Below are positions 1-8,462 of a DNA stretch of 41,297 nucleotides, piece after piece. A program made the translations under genes and the position numbers. A model generated the notes under the pieces. It was not told the DNA's origin. It was given only the letters and a program-made list of their open reading frames with translations, and made no database searches. The stretch's first letter is position 1; each line of letters begins with the position of its first letter. The DNA comes from an uncultured Candidatus Saccharibacteria bacterium (lineage in GTDB: Bacteria; Patescibacteriota; Minisyncoccia; Phycocordibacterales; UBA9973): the NCBI GenBank assembly GCA_964461985.1, contig CAYWWG010000002.1, forward strand, positions 1 through 41,297. The letters run 5' to 3'.

Positions 1-50
1 AGTCGTAACAAGGCACGGCTAGCGGAAGCTGGTCGTGGAATAATTCAATT
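1..50 (+). rRNA. rrs: 16S rRNA, extreme 3' end (partial; gene body lies upstream of the window)
   Basis: Universal AGTCGTAACAAGG at 1-13. Helix 45 is intact (14-23 pairs with 28-37, GGAA tetraloop 24-27). The tail at 38-50 reads GAATAATTCAATT where canonical 16S reads GATCACCTCCTTA. The exact mature 3' end cannot be determined. Confidence 0.85.
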
Positions 51-213
51 TGAAACCGTGTTTATATCTATTCAACCAGATATACACTTATGGTGTCGAT
101 ATTGTGCAGCTCGATCGAGTGCATAATGGTCCAAGCATGTCGTGACCTTAACCATGTTGACGCCAGGGAAAGACCTGGTCAGAACGAAACAAAAGAAAGT
201 TTGTATCCTCTAC

Positions 214-240
214 AAAAACCGCCGAAAGGTGGTTTTTGTT
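214..240 (+). terminator. Intrinsic terminator closing the 16S transcription unit
   Basis: ACCGCC-GAAA-GGTGGT hairpin (218-233, GNRA loop) followed by TTTTTGTT. Confidence 0.75.
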
Positions 241-250
241 ATTGTGTAAT

Positions 251-286
251 GGCAACGGAAATTAACGGCCGTTAATTTACGTTGCC
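251..286. other. Long near-perfect hairpin between two convergent terminators
   Basis: GGCAACG-G-AAATTAAC / GTTAATTT-A-CGTTGCC. About 15 bp are paired, with one mismatch and a GGCC apex. Confidence 0.5.
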
Positions 287-290
287 ACGT

Positions 291-327
291 ATAAAAATAA
301 AAAAACCCTGACACAACTGTGCCAGGG
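291..327 (-). terminator. Intrinsic terminator of the 344-1870 gene
   Basis: On the minus strand: CCCTGGCACAGTTGTGTCAGGG hairpin followed by TTTTTTTATTTTTAT. Confidence 0.8.
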
Positions 328-343
328 CCAAACTCCACAGAGT

Positions 344-1870
344 TTAGTTTTTTGCGATCTTTCCGATTGTTACCAGGTCTCCCTTGCTTAACTTGTAAAC
401 ATAGGTGCCTGCAGGTAAGCCGGAAAGACTGATTTCTTCATGCGCTTCAACCGTTACTCCTTCCAAAACTAACTTTCCATTAATATCAAACAGTTGGTAT
501 GTCGCACCAACTTCTGACTGAAGGTCTACTGACTGATTCCGCGGGTTTATACCCACAGACCAGGCTCTTAAATCCAAGGTAATGTCATTGCTTGCCATTG
601 TTTGGCCTGCATCGTTCATTCCCTGTATCCTTATGTAATATCTTTTGGTGGTATATGTATTGTTTAAGGTAAATTTCTCTACTTTTTGTTCTACAGTACC
701 ATTTATTACAAAGTTTTTAAGAGGGTCAGCTACAGCAAAACTTAGGTCATTGGACACTAATGGCCACACCGTACTTTTAGTTCCATTTTTATTGGTTACT
801 GTAAAGTATAAAGTGAAGTCACGGTATAATCCAGGTTCAACTTTGGTTATGTTGGCGCTGAAAACACCAGGGTTTTGTGTTTTGGTTGTGTATGCGGTTA
901 CGTTCATACTGCATCCTGTACCTAAAGCATTTAGTGAGTACGACCTGAATTCATATCCAGTTTCAGACTCTAACCCTGAAAGTAAAAATACAGGGTACTG
1001 AATGCTATCACCGGTTGTGTTGATCGTGTCACTGTAAAACCAGATTGTCGAATTCAACTTGTGGTAGGTTAACCAAGTTTTAGTTGGCAAACCAAATCCA
1101 ATACTACTGACTCTGATTTTTAAAGAATTATTCGTTCTTTGTAATACGGAGTCGATTTCAGTTGAAGCTTGCTGTTTAGGCAAGAACAAATCGCTTTTAA
1201 CAATAACAGTGCTGTCTTTGCCGGCAATGTTTCTAATTAATACACGGCAATACAGCCTTGTACCTGTTGCGATGTTAACAGCAAAAACAACTTTGATGTT
1301 TACCGGGTTTGTGCTACCAGCAACATAAATACTGTCAGGGTTTTTATTAGTTAGTGCCCTGGCGCTATCGTATGCCGCATATTTAAACACATATGCATCA
1401 CCGTTAGTTTTGACTTTAACAAAACAACTTATCTCACCATTGGTTTGAATAGTCGGATTGCTAATAAAACTAATTGTCGGTTTTACGACGGAGTCGGTAA
1501 TGTTTATACCGCATAATTGGTTAGAAAATGTATCAACGATTCCTGTGGATACAAGTCTCACCATCACACACACATTTTGTGCAACGGGCAACCCGGCTAA
1601 GCTTGCACCATCAGTAATGGTGTCAGTTATCGTCTGAACTGAATCATTACCCTTACGGGTATAGATTTTCTCAGGCATAAATGAACCACCGACGCCGGAA
1701 ATTCCGACGGTTATGGTGTATGTGGTGTCTTTAACACCTTTCCACAATGTTTTGTGGATTATACACTTTTGTCCGCCGTTAGCGTAAAAAAGTGTAACAT
1801 CAGAAGATTGAGCCGAAGCTCCAACATAGGCCCACAAGAGGGCAACGAGGATAAGAATTTTGTTGTACAT
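344..1870 (-). CDS. Secreted repeat (Ig/FN3-like) protein with a T9SS-type (Por) C-terminal sorting domain
   Basis: The signal peptide MYNKILILVALLWAYVGASA/QSS has Gln at +1. The last ~70 aa (INPRNQSVDLQSE..YQLFDINGKLV..ISLSGLPAGTYVYKLSKGDLVTIGKIAKN) match the TIGR04183/Por_Secre_tail pattern. The body is beta-rich and repetitive. Confidence 0.75.
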   Translation of the reverse strand: MYNKILILVALLWAYVGASAQSSDVTLFYANGGQKCIIHKTLWKGVKDTTYTITVGISGVGGSFMPEKIYTRKGNDSVQTITDTITDGASLAGLPVAQNVCVMVRLVSTGIVDTFSNQLCGINITDSVVKPTISFISNPTIQTNGEISCFVKVKTNGDAYVFKYAAYDSARALTNKNPDSIYVAGSTNPVNIKVVFAVNIATGTRLYCRVLIRNIAGKDSTVIVKSDLFLPKQQASTEIDSVLQRTNNSLKIRVSSIGFGLPTKTWLTYHKLNSTIWFYSDTINTTGDSIQYPVFLLSGLESETGYEFRSYSLNALGTGCSMNVTAYTTKTQNPGVFSANITKVEPGLYRDFTLYFTVTNKNGTKSTVWPLVSNDLSFAVADPLKNFVINGTVEQKVEKFTLNNTYTTKRYYIRIQGMNDAGQTMASNDITLDLRAWSVGINPRNQSVDLQSEVGATYQLFDINGKLVLEGVTVEAHEEISLSGLPAGTYVYKLSKGDLVTIGKIAKN

Positions 1871-1921
1871 AATTAATTTTTTTATAAATAACGTTTTAAA
1901 TTTGTTTTATTTTCTAACTGT

Positions 1922-1950
1922 AGTATAGCAGATTTAGCCTTAAAAGTCAA
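1922..1950 (-). promoter_or_regulatory. Sigma70-type promoter for the 344-1870 gene
   Basis: Minus strand: TTGACT (1950-1945), 17 nt spacer, TGC-TATACT (1927-1922). Gives a leader of about 45 nt. Confidence 0.7.
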
Positions 1951-1958
1951 GCATAAAC

Positions 1959-1986
1959 TTGACAAAACACATAAATTTGTTATAAT
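1959..1986 (+). promoter_or_regulatory. Sigma70-type promoter for the 2095-3954 gene
   Basis: TTGACA (1959-1964), 16 nt spacer, extended -10 TGT-TATAAT (1978-1986). Confidence 0.7.
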
Positions 1987-2094
1987 CCCTAGATATCCTT
2001 ATAAAGTAAGGTATAATATAAATACTTGTCCCGTATTAAAATTTTGATTACGGGTATAGTCGATAAAATTATTATTTAAATTTTTAGTATCGGG

Positions 2095-3954
2095 ATGAAA
2101 AATATAATCAAAAAATTTAGCTTTGTTTTCGCATTTTGTGCAGTTTTTGCTATGTTTGGTGCAAGCCAAGCTAAGGCAGCTGTAGTTGTGCAAACTGGTT
2201 CGTATACTGCAACCACAACCACTGCGACTCTTTACGGTACATACAGCACAGACGGACTTTACATGGACGTTTGGTTTCAATATGCCGACAATGCTGGTTG
2301 GTATGGTTCTATCGATACACCACATGAATCTGTTAATGGTGTAAGTTTGTCTTACAGTAAAACCATTACAGGTTTGACTCCTGGTAAACGTTACTACTAC
2401 CGTATAATGGCTGAAGGCCACGGGCAGTTTCCGTCTGGTTCTCAAGCAAGTTTAATAACAGATAGTTCTGTGTTTAGTAGTGAACCAACTATTATGACTT
2501 CTGGCTATGACAACGTTACTACTTCAAGTGCAACTGTAAAATGTGCACTAAATACCGGTGGCGACCCAACAGCTGATGTGTATTTTGAATACGGTACTAG
2601 TAGTACAAATCTAAACAATCAAACAGCAACACAAACTATTGCTTCAGGAAGTACTTGTTCTGCAAATATTTCTAACTTGGTTTCTAATACTACATATTAC
2701 TACCGTGCTGTTGCAACAAATAGTGTTTCAACAAAACGTTCAACTACTATCGGCTACTTTACTACTCTAAAAGCGGGTGGAACAGGGTCAGTTGTATTAC
2801 CAACAGTGTCAGTACAAAATGCATATAGCATAACTCAAACAAGTGCGGTATTTCCTTGTACATTTACTACAGGGGGTGATGCTTCTGTTGATATATATTT
2901 TGATTACTTTGATCTAAACAACAAACACACTTTAACACCGACTCAAACTTATACAAACGGATCTTCTTGTGCGGTATATGTTGGAAATTTAGTTCCAAAT
3001 ACACAATATCGTTTTCAAGCTATTGCTTCTAATAGTGCTGGTTCTGTTGGGTCTGATAATTCAAACCCTTTCACTACTTTGCAAACAGGTTGGGGTGGTG
3101 GTGGCGGTGGTTATAGTGCACCAACAGTTACCACTGGTTCGGTGTATAACATAGGCACTACAAGTGCAAGTTTGGCTTGTTATTTTACTACTGGAGGTTA
3201 CCCAACAGCTGACGTGTATTTTGAATACGGTCAAAACGGAAACTTTAACAATCGTACTCAAGCCCAAACTTTGGCAAACGGAGCTTCTTGTACAAATTAT
3301 GTTTATGGTCTACAGCCAAATACTTTGTATTCAGTTCGTGCTGTAGTGTCAAACATGGGGGGTGTTGCGTATGGTTATAGTATGCCTTTTACAACTTTAT
3401 CAATAGGTGGTGGAGGCGGAGGTTCTAACGGCCATGTAACAACAGTTACCGTGCTGGCTAAATCAGCAACAACAAAAAGCATTTCAGTAAGCGGTATTGC
3501 TTACGGTACAGCTAACAACGCCCGTGTTTGGTTTGAATACGGTCCGACAACAGCTTTAGGTCAAACTACACCTCAACAAAACTTAAATATAAACAATATG
3601 CAAGTTTTCTCTGCAACTATTACCGGGCTTAAATCAGGAACTACATATTACTACCGTGCTGTGGCTATGGACCAAAACAGTGTGTCTCGTGGCGACATAA
3701 ATTATGTCAAAACAATTTCTACTGTTGCTGGTAGTTCTACAAAAGTAGAAACTGGCACTGCTGTAAAAAGCGACAAAACAATATTAGACAAAGCCTCTGA
3801 CCCTCTTGGTTTTGGTAATGGCCAAGGTGCTGCTGCGTTGTTTGGCTTTGGTACAGGATTCTTCCCAACATCATTGTTCGGCTGGTTATTACTGATATTC
3901 ATGTTGCTACTACTGATCGTACTTAGCCGACATTACTTTGCAAAGAAGAAATAA
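2095..3954 (+). CDS. Surface protein with tandem FN3-like repeats, poly-Gly linkers and a C-terminal hydrophobic anchor
   Basis: Signal peptide ending AKA/AVV. Five to six ~100-aa repeats each end in T(Y)YYRAVA.N...FTT. Linkers are GWGGGGGGY and IGGGGGGSNG. The C-terminus is GFFPTSLFGWLLLIFMLLLLIVLSRHYFAKKK. Confidence 0.8.
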   Translation: MKNIIKKFSFVFAFCAVFAMFGASQAKAAVVVQTGSYTATTTTATLYGTYSTDGLYMDVWFQYADNAGWYGSIDTPHESVNGVSLSYSKTITGLTPGKRYYYRIMAEGHGQFPSGSQASLITDSSVFSSEPTIMTSGYDNVTTSSATVKCALNTGGDPTADVYFEYGTSSTNLNNQTATQTIASGSTCSANISNLVSNTTYYYRAVATNSVSTKRSTTIGYFTTLKAGGTGSVVLPTVSVQNAYSITQTSAVFPCTFTTGGDASVDIYFDYFDLNNKHTLTPTQTYTNGSSCAVYVGNLVPNTQYRFQAIASNSAGSVGSDNSNPFTTLQTGWGGGGGGYSAPTVTTGSVYNIGTTSASLACYFTTGGYPTADVYFEYGQNGNFNNRTQAQTLANGASCTNYVYGLQPNTLYSVRAVVSNMGGVAYGYSMPFTTLSIGGGGGGSNGHVTTVTVLAKSATTKSISVSGIAYGTANNARVWFEYGPTTALGQTTPQQNLNINNMQVFSATITGLKSGTTYYYRAVAMDQNSVSRGDINYVKTISTVAGSSTKVETGTAVKSDKTILDKASDPLGFGNGQGAAALFGFGTGFFPTSLFGWLLLIFMLLLLIVLSRHYFAKKK

Positions 3955-3965
3955 AAAATATAATG

Positions 3966-3995
3966 AAAACCCTTACATTTGTAAGGGTTTTTGTT
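3966..3995. terminator. Bidirectional terminator between convergent genes
   Basis: AAAACCCTTAC-ATTT-GTAAGGGTTTTT, with an A-tract and a T-tract on either side. Confidence 0.8.
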
Positions 3996-4017
3996 TAAGA
4001 ATATTACTGATTTTAGT

Positions 4018-4821
4018 TTAAATTTTACGGTTTTTTTCAGCATCTTCTAAGAGTTCTTGATTAGAATATTTTTTCCTTTTTATCAGTGTAAATGGGTCTT
4101 CTAATGCACCACCACCTGCTGGGCGTATAACACGTACCCAGTCGAAACGTACTGACATACCGATATCCTTAAATTCAGGATTTTGGCGTGTGTAATGTAT
4201 AATCGAACAGTTTGGTACACGACCCCATTCTTCGTCAGTCGATAAATATGCATTACTTTGTAACAATGGCTGTCTTTCTAAAACTATCCGGAATGCACGC
4301 ATAACATGCCCGTGGCAAACAATGATAACGTTTTGACCGTCGCATTCTCGTGCTAATGTGTCCAGCTCCATTTTTATTCTTTGGCATAGATCTGCAACAC
4401 TTTCACCTTGGGGCGGTCTATATAGAAATGGTTGAGTATCAAAAAACTTTTGTTGGTCAGCATATTTTTCATCACGTACTGAAGGTGTAATAACATTAAA
4501 CAAACCCCCATCTCGTTCGCGTAGGTTGTATTTTATCATCCATTTTGCATTTTCAATATTTAAATATGCGGCAGTTTGTTTTGCTCGAACATTGTCTGAT
4601 ACTATCATGCGGTCAAAATTGGTAAAATTGTTTTCTTTTAACCATTTGCCAGCTAGTTTGGCTTGCTCTATTCCTAATGGAGTTAGTGCGTACTGTGATT
4701 CGTGTAAACTTAAGAAATCTTCGGTGAAAGAATTTTTCTCATCTTTTGTTTCTTCAAATTGCCGTCTGGCAAGGTTTCCTTCAGACTGTCCGTGTCTGAC
4801 CAGGAAAAGGTTTTTTGGCAT
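4018..4821 (-). CDS. Histidine phosphatase superfamily (phosphoglycerate mutase-like) protein
   Basis: LVRHGQSEGN catalytic RHG motif near the N-terminus. The ORF track starts at 4827 (MGMPKN). I prefer the ATG at 4821 because a TACAAT box (4834-4829) sits 7 nt upstream of it. Confidence 0.8.
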   Translation of the reverse strand: MPKNLFLVRHGQSEGNLARRQFEETKDEKNSFTEDFLSLHESQYALTPLGIEQAKLAGKWLKENNFTNFDRMIVSDNVRAKQTAAYLNIENAKWMIKYNLRERDGGLFNVITPSVRDEKYADQQKFFDTQPFLYRPPQGESVADLCQRIKMELDTLARECDGQNVIIVCHGHVMRAFRIVLERQPLLQSNAYLSTDEEWGRVPNCSIIHYTRQNPEFKDIGMSVRFDWVRVIRPAGGGALEDPFTLIKRKKYSNQELLEDAEKNRKI

Positions 4822-4935
4822 TCCCATAATTGTATAGATTTAAATAATTATATTTATTTTTACTCTACACTTTTTATATTCTTTAGTCAAATATATTTTA
4901 TATATAAATAAATAAGTTTTTGCTATAATACACAC

Positions 4936-5430
4936 ATGAAATTAAAAAAGAAGATTATACCTATTATTGTTTCAGTCCTGGTTATTGTTGGTATCAGCTA
5001 TGTTATATATAGTAAAGTTGAACCACGACCATCTGTATATGACAACACTCCTTTACAACAAAAACGTATATTAATCGGTAGTACTACATATACTGTGTCA
5101 GTTGCCGATACAGAGGCTCGCCGAGAACAGGGTTTGTCTGGTACAAAATCCTTGTTACCACATACGGGTATGCTTTTTGTTTTTGAAAATTCTGGTAAAT
5201 ATGGTTTTTGGATGAAGGAAATGCAATATCCGATAGACATTGTTTGGGTAAATGTAAATGATCAAGGTGTTGGTAGTATTGTGGACATTGAACAAAACGT
5301 GCAACCCGAAACATATCCTAAAATTTTTACAAATGTCAATATTGCCAACGCTGTAATCGAGGTTACAGCCGGTGAAATGGCTAAACAAAATATAAAAGTC
5401 GGGGACACTGTATACCTCGGTAAAAAATAA
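4936..5430 (+). CDS. DUF192 (COG1430) family protein with an N-terminal membrane anchor
   Basis: GLSGTKSLLPHTGMLFVFENSGKYGFWMKEMQYPIDIVWVN matches the DUF192 core. TATAAT at 4924-4929 lies 6 nt before the ATG. Confidence 0.7.
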   Translation: MKLKKKIIPIIVSVLVIVGISYVIYSKVEPRPSVYDNTPLQQKRILIGSTTYTVSVADTEARREQGLSGTKSLLPHTGMLFVFENSGKYGFWMKEMQYPIDIVWVNVNDQGVGSIVDIEQNVQPETYPKIFTNVNIANAVIEVTAGEMAKQNIKVGDTVYLGKK

Positions 5431-5592
5431 CCATTGTTATAAAAACATTTTTCCGTTTTGCTTTACATGAACCTAAAATTGATTTGTTATGGTCTTTTTT
5501 GTGTTTAAAATGGTTGCTAAGGCTTAAATTTTTAAAGGAAACAGGGTACAATAGTTAGACAAAAAATTATTATCAATTATTAGAAAATACCT

Positions 5593-7911
5593 ATGACCAA
5601 AAAAGTAAGTTTCTCGAAAGCAGAATTAGCAAAAATAAAACAGTTTCGTAACCGCCAAGGTGAAATAATTCCATTTGATGTACACCGTATTACAAATGCA
5701 ATATACAAAGCATTTTTAGATACCAAAGAAAAAAATGCCGGAGAAGACGAAGCAGTTGCTATTGCTCATGCTGTGTTCAAAAGTTTACTTGCTTTACAAA
5801 AAGAAAATAAGAAAGGTAAATTTATACCTTCTGTTGAAATGGCACAGGATATGGTTGAAGCCGAACTTATGCGTGCTGGTTTTCTGGAAACTGCTAAAGC
5901 ATACATATTGTTCCGTAAAAACCGCGAACTTCTTCGAGAAAGTGGTGTGGTTGTAACTAAAGATTTTAAGAAAAAAGCTGAAGAATCTGCAAAGTATTTC
6001 CGTAATAAATTAGCGGAACTAGTTTATTACCGAACTTATGCACGTTGGATAGAGGAAGAAGGTCGCCGTGAATGTTGGATCGAAACAGTCGACCGTTACA
6101 TGGACTTCATGCGTGAAAACATTGGTGACGCTCTAAATAAAAAAGAATACGAAGAAATTCGTGAATCAATTCTAAAACAAGAAGCCATGCCTTCTATGCG
6201 CTTAATGCAGTTTGCAGGTAAACCAGCACGTGCAACAAATGTGTGTGCATATAACTGTTCATTTATTGCCCCTAAATCTATTCAGGATTTTGCTGAAATA
6301 ATATACATATCTATGTGCGGTACCGGTGTTGGTTTTTCTGTCGAAAGTCAAAACATTCAAGCTTTGCCACAAATCGCGTACCAAACAGGCAAAATGTTGC
6401 CTACTTATACAGTTGCAGATTCAAAAGAAGGTTGGGCTGATGCGTTTGCTGTAGGTATGCAAACTTGGTTCGATGGTAACGATATCAAGTTTAACTTCTC
6501 ACAATTACGTCCAGCTGGTGCACGTTTGGCAACTATGGGTGGTAAATCTTCAGGACCACAACCATTAGTAGACCTACTTGATTTTACTCGTGCAAAGATT
6601 CTTCACCGCCAAGGTCGCCGTCTAACAAACATTGATGCTCATGATATTATTTGTAAAATAGGTGAAGTTGTGGTTTCGGGTGGTGTGCGCCGTAGTGCGC
6701 TTATATCGTTGTCTGATCTTGATGATGAAGCAATGCGTGACGCTAAAAAGGGCCAGTTTTGGAACACAGACAGTCAGCGCATGTTGGCTAACAACTCGGC
6801 TGTGTATAACAGTAAACCAAGCACTGAGGAATTCATGGACGAATGGGTAGCACTAATGAAGTCTGGTTCAGGTGAACGCGGAATATTTAACCGTGGTGGA
6901 CTACCTGCGCAGTTACCAAAACGCCGCGTAGAAATGTTAAAGAAAGATGGTTATATCGATGACCAGGACCATGTTGTTGGTTCTATTGGTACAAATCCAT
7001 GTGGCGAAATTATTCTTCGTTCAAAACAATTCTGTAATTTGTCTGAAGTTGTAGCTCGTGCTGAAGACACCGAGGCAACACTGATGAAGAAAATCCGTAT
7101 TGCAACTATATTAGGTACATACCAGTCTTCATTAACCAAGTTTGGTTACCTTTCAAAAGAATGGAAAGAAAACTGTGAAAAAGAAAGACTTCTAGGTGTG
7201 TCTATAACCGGCCAGTGGGACAGTAAGGTTGCTCGTGCGCCAAAAGTACTTGCAAAACTACGCGCTGAAACAATACGTATAAATAAATTATATGCAAAAC
7301 GCCTTGGTATATCCGAGTCCACATGTATAACATGTGTTAAGCCTTCAGGTAACCTTTCTCAAACAGTAGACTCATCTTCAGGTATGCATCCACGCCACAG
7401 TCAGTACTACATACGCCGTGTTCGTATTTCAGCAAACGATGCATTGTTTAAAATGTTGAAAGACCAAGGTGTGCCACACTTTCCAGAAGTTGGACAAACC
7501 TATGACACAGCACATACATTTGTTTTGGAATTCCCGGTTAAGGCACCAAAGGGTGGTGTATTCAAAGATGACATTAATGCTATCGACCAACTAGAACACT
7601 GGAAAGTTGTAAAAGTAAATTACACTGAACACAACCCTTCAGTAACTGTTTCAGTAGGTGACGACGAATGGATCGAGGTAGCAAGTTGGGTATATAAAAA
7701 CTGGGACATTGTCGGAGGGCTATCATTCCTACCACGTTCAAACCATGTTTACCAACTAGCCCCATACGAAGCTATAACTGAACAACGTTACAATGAACTA
7801 AAAGGCACAGTTGCTAACATCGACTTTTCGAAAATAATGACTTACGAAATGCATGACGAAACAGAAGTTAAAAAGGAATTGGCATGTGTAGGTGGAGTTT
7901 GTGAAATATAA
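5593..7911 (+). CDS. nrdJ: Class II (adenosylcobalamin-dependent) ribonucleotide reductase with an N-terminal ATP-cone
   Basis: ATP-cone-like N-terminus (GEIIPFDVHRITNAIYKAF). Thiyl-radical loop TNPCGEI. C-terminal redox Cys pair CVGGVCEI. At 772 aa and a single chain, the size fits an RTPR-like enzyme. Confidence 0.85.
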   Translation: MTKKVSFSKAELAKIKQFRNRQGEIIPFDVHRITNAIYKAFLDTKEKNAGEDEAVAIAHAVFKSLLALQKENKKGKFIPSVEMAQDMVEAELMRAGFLETAKAYILFRKNRELLRESGVVVTKDFKKKAEESAKYFRNKLAELVYYRTYARWIEEEGRRECWIETVDRYMDFMRENIGDALNKKEYEEIRESILKQEAMPSMRLMQFAGKPARATNVCAYNCSFIAPKSIQDFAEIIYISMCGTGVGFSVESQNIQALPQIAYQTGKMLPTYTVADSKEGWADAFAVGMQTWFDGNDIKFNFSQLRPAGARLATMGGKSSGPQPLVDLLDFTRAKILHRQGRRLTNIDAHDIICKIGEVVVSGGVRRSALISLSDLDDEAMRDAKKGQFWNTDSQRMLANNSAVYNSKPSTEEFMDEWVALMKSGSGERGIFNRGGLPAQLPKRRVEMLKKDGYIDDQDHVVGSIGTNPCGEIILRSKQFCNLSEVVARAEDTEATLMKKIRIATILGTYQSSLTKFGYLSKEWKENCEKERLLGVSITGQWDSKVARAPKVLAKLRAETIRINKLYAKRLGISESTCITCVKPSGNLSQTVDSSSGMHPRHSQYYIRRVRISANDALFKMLKDQGVPHFPEVGQTYDTAHTFVLEFPVKAPKGGVFKDDINAIDQLEHWKVVKVNYTEHNPSVTVSVGDDEWIEVASWVYKNWDIVGGLSFLPRSNHVYQLAPYEAITEQRYNELKGTVANIDFSKIMTYEMHDETEVKKELACVGGVCEI

Positions 7912-7920
7912 TTAAAAATA

Positions 7921-7951
7921 AAAATCACACTTTTAAACAGTGTGATTTTTA
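7921..7951 (+). terminator. Intrinsic terminator of nrdJ
   Basis: ATCACACT-TTTAAAC-AGTGTGAT followed by TTTTT. Confidence 0.8.
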
Positions 7952-7988
7952 TTTGCCAAATATGAAAAATAGTGTTATATTTAAAAAG

Positions 7989-8458
7989 TTCTGTGCCGAA
8001 GTGGTTACGTCCGCCAACTGGCGGATGAGGAAAGTCCGAACACATACCTATTTAGTTAGGACACGTAGCGGCCCCGACACTGAAAGGTGCGGGGTTCCGG
8101 CCCCGTAAGGGCGTCGGAGGTAACACCCGTCTGCTGTAAAGCACGAGTTGCGAACAGAAACGATCCGGTTAAGTCCGGCTGAAACGGGGCCGACGATTTG
8201 TCGGCCCTCCGACCCCGTAAGGGCGTCGGAGCTAAATACTTACGCGTGTGCAAGACCGTGCCAGCGTGCATAGCACGCAGTTTGTAAAGTAAAAAGTATA
8301 AAGTTCATAAAGTAGATGCATTTGTATTATCTTTTAACTTTTAACTTTAAAACTTTATAACTTGCGTGCTATGCACGTGGGAGAGTCGCTTGAGGTTGTA
8401 GGTAACTACAATCCTAGATAAATACCATTAGAACAGAATTCGGCTTACGAGCACAGAA
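7989..8458 (+). ncRNA. rnpB: RNase P RNA, bacterial type A, unusually long (~470 nt)
   Basis: P1 forms from TTCTGTGC (7989-7996) and GCACAGAA (8451-8458). Conserved GAGGAAAGTCCGAAC lies at 8028-8042, and the 3' block TCGCTTGAGG...CCTAGATAAATA...ACAGAATTCGGCTTA at ~8385-8448. The core is much more GC-rich than its surroundings. Confidence 0.9.
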
Positions 8459-8462
8459 TATG

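Noticed and set aside
90-275. 61-aa ORF immediately downstream of the 16S end
   Set aside because: It lies in the structured 16S trailer and runs through the intrinsic terminator at 214-240. It has no promoter-ATG architecture and an unremarkable composition. Most likely spurious.
2095-3954. Periodic DNA repeats that might be mistaken for a CRISPR or tandem-repeat array
   Set aside because: The periodicity is ~300 nt and in frame, reflecting diverged FN3 protein modules. There is no short direct-repeat/spacer organisation anywhere in the window.
5431-5592. Looked for a cobalamin riboswitch or NrdR box upstream of the B12-dependent RNR
   Set aside because: I saw no B12-box-like sequence and no NrdR palindrome (acaCwAtATaTwgtgt-like). 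There is only a TACAAT -10 box and a plain ~45-nt leader.
8056-8271. 71-aa minus-strand ORF
   Set aside because: It lies entirely inside the GC-rich core of RNase P RNA. The open frame is a by-product of the GC-rich RNA sequence.
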